From NCBI RefSeq assembly GCF_009914755.1, contig NC_060934.1: a DNA stretch of 64,000 nt; one strand, given 5' to 3'. Below the pieces are notes generated by a model. That model made no database searches, was not told where the DNA came from, and saw nothing but the letters and a program-made list of their open reading frames with translations. The DNA comes from the human T2T-CHM13v2.0 reference genome, Homo sapiens. This document shows, piece after piece, positions 53,718 through 64,000 of the stretch (its first letter is position 1; each line of letters begins with the position of its first letter). The translations under genes were made by a program, and so were the position numbers.

Positions 53718-54520
53718 CATGGGGTTTAAGGCCTAACAATAAGATTCAATATTAATTGCTGCCTTGATACATGGCAAAACTGGGAGGGCCTGGAATGTCC
53801 TAACCACAAGTTCTCCTCTTCCTTCACACCATGGATAAGAATCCCTTGGCCGGGCACAGTGGCTTACGCCTGTAATCCCAGCACTTTGGGAGGCCGAGAC
53901 AGGCAATCACGAGGTCAGGAGTTCGAGACCAGCCTGGCCAACATGGCAAAACCCCGTCTCCTACTAAAAATACAAAAATTAGCCAAGCGTGGTGGTGTGC
54001 ACCTATAATCCCAGCTACTCAGGGGGCTGAGGCAGGAGAATCACTTGAACCTGTGAGGCGGAGTTTGCAGTGAGTCAAGATCACACCACTGTACTCCAGC
54101 CTGGGCAACAGAGCAAGATTCCATCTCAGAAAACAAAAAAACAAAAAACAAACAACAAAAAAAAAGAATCCCTTGCCAAAAGACCCTTATCACCAAATGG
54201 ACCAGGTGCAGCTCCTCCTTATCCCTGCGTGGGTAGTCTTAGTTCCCTCCCAGCCCATAAAACATTTCAGACAAACTAACCACTTCCCCTGTGGGAAGCA
54301 GGAGTCCCCCTATCCTCTTGATACCACAGAGCCTGCCTCCCACAGCCTCTGTTCCCAAGTTCAACTCCGTTGTGGCCCTGTGTGGCACAGTGTCTTTCTC
54401 CCCAGGCCATGAGTGTGTGTGATAAATAAACTAGTCTCAACCTCATCTGTCCAGTGCTGGGCTGTTTGTCATGTGTTTGACTATCCCTATAACCCTAGGA
54501 TTGTTCCCCCGTGGGATGAA
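53718..54520 (+). mobile_element. ERVL-class solo LTR (MER54-like) interrupted by an Alu
   Basis: tgctgccttgatacatggcaaaactgggagggcc...ttgataccacagagcctgcctcccacagcc...aataaa; family name from memory. Confidence 0.6.
53848..54163 (+). mobile_element. AluSg/Sc-like
   Basis: atcacgaggtcagg diagnostic deletion; TSD aagaatccctt at 53837-53847 and 54164-54174. Confidence 0.93.
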
Positions 54521-56944
54521 TGGGAAGCAATTCAAACACAGCAGCACAGAGATGGGCCAGAGGAGGGCCTGTGTAGGTAACATGCACTTACACAGACAGG
54601 AGTAAGAGCCTTCTCTGCAAGGAACACCCCACCCCCACCCCACCACCCCAGGCTCCCAAGGACGTGGGAAAATTCACTCTGAGAGCAATGGGGCATGCCT
54701 GAAGCCGCTTGCCAGTTATAGCACCACCTGCTGGGGTCTTGTGCAAAGTGATCTATTGAGAATGGCAAGGTCCAGCCATCAAATGGTTACTAGACCATTA
54801 ACTTCAGCATAACCTATATAGAAGAAATGATCGCCAACCTACGCAGAGGTTCTCATGTTAACATTCAATACTTACTTATTGAAAAGGTTTTTTAAAATGC
54901 TCAGCCAAATGAGAGCAGGCAAACTGTTTTTCTTCTAATTACAGCCACGTGCATCTTTTTCTTAGTTAATTTTCTCAGCTCTGATGATTGTCTTCAGTGG
55001 GTTCTTGACTCAATCTAAGTGAGTTCATCTGTAAAACAGGGATGATAATAGCACCTACTATACGGGGCTACAATAATAGCTGCATAGCACTTAGAGCAGC
55101 TTCAATACACACAAGATCTTAGTAAGAATTAGAGAAACATTTTTTTTTTCTTTTAAGTGGAACCTTGACTGTTCCTGACCTTTGAGAATGTCTACTCAGT
55201 GAAACCTCCACAGAGGTACAATCCATCCAGGAAGACAAGGATAACTCAAATGAATTGATGAGAGAACAAGACTACATAATGCATGATCGAAAGTGTTAAA
55301 ATGTGCAGAACTGACAATCTTTCCAAACAGACAAGGGGGAGAAAAAGAATAGCATGGGCTTGGCCTGCCAGCTAAGTTTTAGAGAAAAAGAACTTGATCT
55401 TGGCCTCAATGATGCATAAAATTGTTAGAAAGAGAGGAATGGTGTTACATATGAAATGAATCTCTAGTAATTTTTCACTAGGCACAGGCTTATGGTCCCG
55501 GAAAATATTGTAATTGGCAAAACTGCATTTGGCAAAATCATGTTTAAAAATGGAAATGTCATTAACAAGTTTATCTATAAGATATATTGAATATATATTT
55601 ATCTATTATACCCTAACTCAAGCCTAACCCCTCCAGGAAGGTGACCTTCTCTGAGAACCCGTCACTATCTCCTGTGGGTCACCAATGGACCAAGGCACAC
55701 TTCTATGTGGCCCTCAAACTTCATAGCATAACTTACCTGCATCTCAAGCTTCAATCTCTAGCCACAAACTCAACTGTCAAGTGAATATAACTTTCTTTAC
55801 CTTTTGTATGAATGACTCAGTTGCAGCTTAAGATGGCATTATTTCCAAGAGACTTATGTAGTGCCAAAGCAGCAACAGGAGCAGAAACCCAGGTCCTCAA
55901 AGTCATCTATCCATGTAAGCTGTCTGCCACCCTGTCCAGCCCTAGATTTTTGGTTCATGTGAGTTGGCCGTGGGTCATTGAGACAGACCCTGTCATCGTG
56001 TTCTTCAGACTCAGGGCCTATCTCCACTGCTTCCCTGCCTTTCTAGGCACGCAAGAACCATCCTGCAGCTAAAGTCCCTGACCCACTGCCGTTTCTTCTC
56101 TGCAGTTCAGCCACTTTCCCAGGACTGAACCCAGTAGAAGGGTCCTGGGGTTCTCAATATCAGTGTTCTTATCATTTCTCCAGCTCTCTTTCTGTCCCTC
56201 AAGCCAAAGGGCCTCTTTTCTAGTCTAAAGGTTGCAGTAGGGTTATTCATTTTGTCCCTGAGTATTTGTTCTAGACCATGAGTCTTTTCTGTTCCCCATA
56301 AATCTACCCCATGTGTCCTACACTACTTCACCTGCCCACACTGCACTCCTTTGGCTCTCCACACCTTCAAGTCCAAAGAAGTATGTTACATTTTTTTTCA
56401 TGGGAGTTGGGGTGCATTCCGTTCCTTTCCTAAGCTGCAAAATAATGTATAGGATTTTCAACTATTTATGAGGCCAAAAGAATAAGATAAAATATTTGTG
56501 TGTTCATGTATGCTTTTATGAGTTTATTCACAAATATCTCCGCAAGTTAATTTATGCACATATGCTAACAAATAAGGAAGCAGGCTTTGCTCCAGGGGTG
56601 AAAAGGCCTTGTGTTCTATCAATATCTTCAAAACTTTCCAAACAGCTGTTGCACTAGAATCCTTGTCTCAAAGTCCACCTCTGGAGGAACCGAAACTATG
56701 ACAATCAAATGGCTGCTGAAGGGAATGATGCCTGCTGGAAGTTACTCCGCATAAAGAAAATACCAGGCAAAGGGTCAAGACTGATCTTAGCAATGGAAGC
56801 TCCACAGGTGTTTTCTAAATTAAATACCCCATGACTTTGCCTGGCCTACATTGACATTAAACTGCTTAATATACATGGAAATGTTTTCCAAAATCAGCAA
56901 ACTAACAATGGTTTTATAATACAAAAAGGTGATTTTCTAGATAC

Positions 56945-57119
56945 CAGTGATTCTCAAATTGTGGCTGATGGACCAACATCAGTATCAGGGCATTTTGATA
57001 GAAATAAAAATTCTCAGGCCCACCCCAGACCTTAGAAAGTCTGGAGGTGACTCCAGCAATCTATGCTTTAACAAGCATGCCAGGGGATTCTGATGCACAC
57101 TCAAGTTTGAGAACCACTG
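56945..57119 (+). mobile_element. MER5A hAT DNA transposon
   Basis: Terminal inverted ends cagtgattctcaaa...tttgagaaccactg. Confidence 0.85.
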
Positions 57120-57314
57120 ATATATGCTTCAGAAAGGTGACCAGGACAGTGAACTTTGTGAATGATCAGGCTCAACAGGAAGGTGAGGCCACATCATGGG
57201 ATAGTGGAGCTTTCTGCCACTTATTGAGTTTGCTTTGGGGCATGTCATTTATCCTTTCTGAGTTTATATATAGAGAAAGACTACATTATATACATATATA
57301 TAGACTACATTATA

Positions 57315-57416
57315 TATGAACTAGTTTACATATGTATGTTGTAACATATATATGTTCATACATATAACATATATATGTTCAATATATATGAACATATATG
57401 TGTTAACTAGTTCATA
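57315..57416. repeat. AT-rich palindrome
   Basis: 57315-57340 vs reverse complement of 57391-57416 matches 23/26. Confidence 0.85.
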
Positions 57417-57426
57417 CCTCACATGA

Positions 57427-57794
<368 letters not shown>

Positions 57795-60589
57795 TAAAAA
57801 GCCATAGAAATATGAGGTAAGCAGGCAGCCAGCTTTTTAAAAAACCAGCAACCACAGCAGAGAACAGCTTGATTGGAAGTTCCAGCACATTCTAAACAGC
57901 ACTCTGAGGGCCTGAACAGCTGCTGGGATCAGCCCCACATCTCAACAAATGCAACAGCCATTTGCCTGCCCTTGCTGACACGCAGGAGAGCATCTTTCCT
58001 CCGTTGCCTGCAGTCTCCGGGGACTGGGCTCTGAGAGCAGGCAGCCACTTCTGCTTGATGTCCTCCCTTCACTGTGACTACAGATGGTGATGACTTACAA
58101 AGGGCATGTTTTAAAGATGTCTGGCTCAGCAGTTTCTCACTGCACTGTCTTCAGATGCACTGGTGACAGAGAAAAGAGCAAGGAGGCAAGGAGGAATGAG
58201 AAGAGGGCTGGATCAACTGGCCACAACCTGTCAGCTTCCTCTTCCTGTCTCACCTTGGCTTCCTGGAAGGCTTTTGCTGCTACTCCTCAGATATGAAGGG
58301 GTAATTAGGTCACAGACTGAGTAGGGTGTATGACCTGAGAAGGAGGCTGGATTCAGAATCGGGTAAGCAGTTTGCTCATGCCTCTTCCCTGTTTACAGAA
58401 CAAAAGTGTGCAGCCTCCAAACAGCCCTGAGCCCTGCTGGGAATGGCTGTCAGTAGGTTCTGTGGAGAGCAGGGGCCACAGCACATTAATATCAAAGAGC
58501 TCTCCCTCCTCTATAGGTAGACTGTCACGATTCAGCCTCATCTTCTGGAATCCCGATTGGTCTTCGAGGCTGACTACTGCAGAAAAACTGATGAGCATAA
58601 AAAATCTATTATGACAGGGCCATGATGGGTTCAGCAGATTTCCCCGACATTTAGGCATCCTGGATTGAAGGCAGGTTTCCCTCACTACCTACATCTATCA
58701 TAGTACTGAGATTTTTGAGCAAAGAAAAAGAGCAAACAAGGGAGACCTCCTTGTTGTGGATTTTGTTTCTTTGAGTCTAAAAGCTGGGGAGAAGTAATGC
58801 TAGTTTACAAAATTAGCTAGGGGAAAAATTTTCTGCAATTGACATTTTTCTTCTACAAATTCAGACAAGCTAACCTCCAAATCACTTCCAATTCTGAGAT
58901 TCAAGCATCCCAGCAATTCTATTTGCTAGAAAATATAGAAGACTACAGTCCTTGGACACACAGAGTTGCCATTTTAAGCATAAAATGCTGGGAGCTATTT
59001 TTACTTAATACCTAAGATTATTCTCAGGTGTTTAAGCCTTTCACCTAAACAGCACAGCCTGGTTCAAGCTTCAGAAGCACAAATTGAAATGGCATTACAC
59101 TTTAAGCTCCCTGGTTCTGACAAGAGACCAAGGGGAAGAAAGGGCAGCTACAACTGTCATGCTAAGGAGGAAGGATGAACAGTTGCCTTTCTTATGGCTC
59201 TGGACAAATTTTGTACATTGATTTGGAGCTCAAAACAATCCCAAGGAAGGAGGGAGGACAGGGTGTGCTTCTGGCCTCCTGGCTCCATACAGATGGCTCC
59301 AAAATATCACTGGCCCTGGCACTCTGGCCAAAAAAGACCAAGAAATGGAAGAATAATCCAAAAAAAAAGGAAGAATAGCTCAACCCTGTGGTTTTATAAA
59401 CACAATTTCTCTCTTTTCTTACTAGAGCTCTCCTAAGACTGCAGCTATGGTTTTTCATATTCTTTATTTGTACAGATCCCAATTTAGCTCAAGCAACAAA
59501 ATAAACCATAGCTCTCAATTAAATACACTCTGAAAACTGAAAGTTCCTGTTTGGCCGGAGGTTTATTCACATTAAGCTGAGGTCTGCAGCCTGGGAATCC
59601 CATTTCGCTTTGCCTTGTATTTTATTTCCACTGTAAGAGGATCAGGGCTGACACATTATCTCCAATTGGAAGGATATTTGGAATCTTTGCATAACAATAC
59701 AATGTGAAGCTGCAGAAATTCAGTATGATCATTTTGTAGCAATGGGACACAAAGAGATTGTATGAGGCTTCTCTAAGATCTCAAAGCAGATCACTGACAG
59801 GTATGTGGATATCCCGTAATCTACAATACTATTTTAGGCTTTATAAATATTCAACAGAGTCCTCTCCTTGGGCAGCTGTGTGTTCAAGCCTCATATGATG
59901 GAGGCAAGAATTGCCCATAAAGTGCAAAGTTTTCGTTCAACACATGCCAACCAACCTCCACATCCTGAATTCAGGGTTTGATGGGAAGAGAGCTGATAAA
60001 TATGTCTAGGAAGCATGGAGGCTCCTGGGAGAAGGCTGCAGACCTAGACCTATCCTCCATTCTCTATTGAGATTCAATGTTTTATTGGACATCTTAATTT
60101 CATGTCCTAAACATCCATCAAAAGGATGAGATGGTAGTGCCTATATCCAGAAAACACTTAGTATTAGTTATTCAATTAAACATTCAGAGCCTGGTGAATG
60201 GACAGGGTAGTTCCTGCCAGAGCAGCCTATCCAGCCCATTCAGAGCATATAACGATGGATGCCTCCCTGCTAAGTTCATCTCCAGGGCGCCTTCTTTGTC
60301 TTATCTATGTGGTTGCCCCTTTTTTAAGGGCTGCCTGCTCCCATTTGTGGATTCCCTCTCTTGCTCCCTGTCATAGGACGTTGATTCTCTTAAAATTCCC
60401 CCTCCCCAGGACTCTGCTCCTCAAACACATGTGCACGCGCACACACAAACACGCACACCACATCCTGCCTTTTCTTTTCCCCAGTCTTCCAGCTGAGTAG
60501 GTCATCATTCCATTCCACCTGTCATTTTCCTGGAAGGAGCTGGAGGTAGTTAGGATTCTTAAGAGTAGAAAAGGGATGAGTATAAAAGA

Positions 60590-60970
60590 GTAAAAACACA
60601 GAGACTATTTAGGAAATAACCACAATAGTTTAGGTAAGAAATGAGGGTAGCCTGGACAAGGGTTGAGGTAGTGGAGAGGGTGAGGAGAAATCAGACTCAG
60701 AGAGCTTAGGGGATTTGCTGATGGATTGGCTGTTAGCTGAGAGGGAAACAGAATTACGACTCCACATTTTTGTTTTGAGCAACTGGGTAGATGGTAATGC
60801 CACCTGCTGAGATGGAGGAGACAGAAAGAAGATTTGCAAGAGGTAGCCATCCGGAGGTCATGTCTGAACATAAGTCTTGAGGTGCTACTGCACATTTAAG
60901 CAGAAAGACTGAACAGAGGTAGATACCTAAATGTGGAGCCAGGGATGAAGATCTGGGAATAATCATATAT
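60590..60970 (-). mobile_element. L2 LINE remnant
   Basis: ggatttgctgatggattgg...ttgagcaactgggtagatggtaatgcca...gagggtagcctggacaagggt. Confidence 0.7.
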
Positions 60971-62884
60971 CACAACCTATTTTGTTCCCTCAAGCAATGG
61001 TGAAGCAGGATATTTCAGTTAAACAAAATCCACTGGGTGCCTAACGTGTGCCTAGCATAATGGGCAAACTAAAATGAGAGACCAAAAAATTTGCTCAAAG
61101 TCCCCAAACTAAGCAACTGCATGATTCAAACAGAGGTCATCTATTCTTGTATCTAATCATTTATTGAACATGTATTAGGTGCCCACCATGTGCCAGATCC
61201 TGTGGGATCTAAAAGATACTAGGACTAAAAACATAACTAAAATAGAATAAGTGCTGATTAAAAGTTATTAGTATCATTATTTATATTGTCTAGTGGAGAA
61301 TACAAAGGCATAAACAGAATTGTGGAAAAGTTTGGAAAAGCAACATTAGAGGACTTGGAGGGCATTATGGTAGTTACCAGTGAAGGCTGCCCGATCCCAC
61401 TCTTTCTGTCCACTGTGCTCCTAATTAGGCCAAGGGTACCCAGCTCTGCTGTGGCAGAACTGAAGCTGTAACTCACTTATATGACTCCCAACTGGGCTTC
61501 CTACACGAGTGACATTGTAGTACTAGAACTAAGCCTTCACATCTCAATGAAAAGTGAAGACCAGAACAGCCCCAGTGCAATTTCAGTGACCCAGGTTCTC
61601 TGTTTAGGAAGTCAGTGTTTCTTCTTCACTGGCATGCTGGTATCTGCATGATTGTGACTTAGTGAGGGAAAAATTCATGCCTTAATTCTGTCTTATTAGA
61701 GGAAGCAAAGGCGGGGCTGACTATCATGGCCCCTGTACCTCCATGTCTGAACAGAATATAAAACACAAAAAGTGCAGACAACCATAATAGGGAAATACAT
61801 GTGTGCAATGTATCAGAAACTGTTCTAAGAACTTTTCATACATTTGTCTTCCTTTATCCTCACAACAGTCATGTGAGGTAAGTGAAATTATTAACCCCAT
61901 TTAACACAGGAGAGTACCAAGAGTCCTCCAGTGTTGTAAGTGGTAGATACAGGATGGGAACCAAGCAGTGCAACCTTAGAGCTTGCATTCCTAAATACTG
62001 TGTTACACTAAATGGATGCTTCAGTAAGAGGCACCACATTGACCTCATGGTTGTGTGTCCCCCAGCACGCCAGCACTCACATCCAAGACAGCGCCTACCT
62101 GAGGGGAAAAGTGCCCACCATGCCTACTGCTGCTCCCCCTCCCTTCTGCCCTCACCACCTCTCCCTCCCACGCTCTGCAAACACTCCCCAACAAGCCATC
62201 CCAATTTACATAATCACTCTGTGCTTCTCTGCACAGTCCTTATTTAAGCTGTCCAGAAACCCGCATAAAATAGTGGATTATTCATAGATACGAGGAACCC
62301 TTTCCATTTTGCTGCCAGTTTTAAGCTGTTAAACTGCCCACCAATCTGCTGATAAAATACAATAATGTGATTTATCTCCAAACACACAGAAACATCTCAA
62401 CGAATCGGATTTACTTTATCTTCCAAAAAATTTTGTTTTGGATTTTCCAAGATGTCCTTTTCACAGCATTGTCCTTGTGATAAGTTGGATGACTTTGAGA
62501 AAAAGGCGAGCAATTCATTTATACCCACTCTCCCATCTGATTCCTAGAAATATCTGTCTGCCTCATAATCTCTCTGGAGCCTTTATTGAGCTCCCAGAGG
62601 GCAACTCTCGCATTCTCCCCTATCCTAACCTCAGGCTTCACCTCCCGGGAGAGGGACTAGGGACCAAGTAATTAAGTAGCCCCTCCTCCCTTTTATCCCA
62701 TGTCCACCATCCTCAACATAATAGAGACCATAATGACCCAGGGTCTTCTGTCACTTCTTCCCACTCCACCCTCATTTCCCTGCAGCTTAGAACATCGCCT
62801 ACTTGTGCAAACCCTGATCCTTTCTCCAGAGCCCAGTGGAGTCTCCATGTCATTGCAACCCATCCTCTTCGCCAACTTTTATTC

Positions 62885-63206
62885 TTAATTTTTTATTGTT
62901 TTTGTTTTTTGGAGACAGGGTCTGGCTCTGTTGCCCAAGCTGGAGGGCAGTGGTACGATCATAGCTCACTACAGCCTTAAACTCATGGGTTCAAGCGATC
63001 CTCCCACCTCAGCACCCCGAGCAGCTGGAACAACAGGCATATGCCATCAAGCCCAGCTAATCTTTTGTGTGTGTGTGTTTCGTTTTGGTAGAGACAGGGT
63101 CTTGCTATATTTTCCAAGTTGGTCTTGAACTCCTAGCCTCAAGCAATCCTCCTGCCTCAGCCTCCCAAAAAGCTGGGATTACAGGCATGAGCCACCATGC
63201 TGGGCC
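62885..63206 (-). mobile_element. AluJ
   Basis: Full dimeric Alu in reverse. Confidence 0.93.
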
Positions 63207-63554
63207 TCTTCACCCTTAGTCTTTTCCCTAAATGGTACCCAAATTGTCTTCTCTTGGCTATTCCTGGCCAGTATAGCTCTATCCCCGGAAAGAATGTGCC
63301 ACTGGCAGAGCTGTACTCCTTACTTCAGGGCTTATGCTATGGTTTTTTCACAGGGCTGTAGGAGGGTTGCGGTAGATAAAGGTAGAGAGGCATATTGGTC
63401 TCTCTCTGCTGCTTTGCCTCCTCTCAGACCATGACTCTTCCATTTCAGTCAGAATCCTCTTCTCCTGGGCCCCCAGTCCCAATCCGTTCTGCCCTTTCTC
63501 CAACCCACTGCTGTTGTCACCTGATTATTCTGCTGCATTTAAGAGACCTTTGAA

Positions 63555-63839
63555 GGCCAGGCATAGTGGCTCACACCTGTAATCCGAGCACTTTGGGAGG
63601 CAGAGGAGGGAGGATCGCTTGAAGCCAGGAGATTCAGGCCTGCCTGAGCAACATAGCGAGATCTTGTCTCTACAAAAATTAAAGAAATTAGCCGGATGTG
63701 GTGGCACACGCCTGTAGTCCTAGCTACTCGGGAGGATCACTTGAGCCCAGGAGTTCAAGGCTGCAGTGAGCTATGATCCCAGCACTGTACTCCTGCCTGG
63801 GCAACAGAGCCAGAACTTATCTGAATAAATGAAATAAAA
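63555..63839 (+). mobile_element. AluJ
   Basis: Dimeric Alu with a short internal deletion in the right arm. Confidence 0.93.
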
Positions 63840-64000
63840 TGCACAATATATGGGTAATTCTGTTTACATTATCATTGTCTTCATCGTACCACCACTATAT
63901 CAACGCCACACTCATCATCATTTCCCTTCCCTTCTCCATGCCCCTTCCACTCTAACACACCTAATTTCTTATTTCCTAAATATGACCACCTCCTTTGCGA

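Overview
Primate (most likely human or ape) non-coding genomic DNA, either intergenic or deep intronic. I find no credible host protein-coding gene, RNA gene or CRISPR array. The window is dense in interspersed repeats (Alu/FAM/FLAM, MIR, L2, L1M, MaLR and ERVL LTRs, hAT and Tigger DNA transposons). The dominant feature is a near full-length HERV-L provirus on the minus strand (~33368-39943). It has two MLT2A-type LTRs, a tRNA-Leu-type PBS and degenerate gag-pro-pol(RT/RNaseH/IN)-dUTPase, with no env. It is coding-dead, but its 5' LTR keeps promoter-type motifs and has lost its poly(A) signal, while the 3' LTR shows the reverse. Other notable items are several locally templated insertions and inverted duplications, 5'-inverted L1 and Alu copies, a candidate 69-nt spliced exon and repeat-free enhancer-like islands. 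I do not see a demonstrably new biological system. Repeat subfamily names come from recalled consensus sequences, not a database search, and boundaries of old repeats are approximate.
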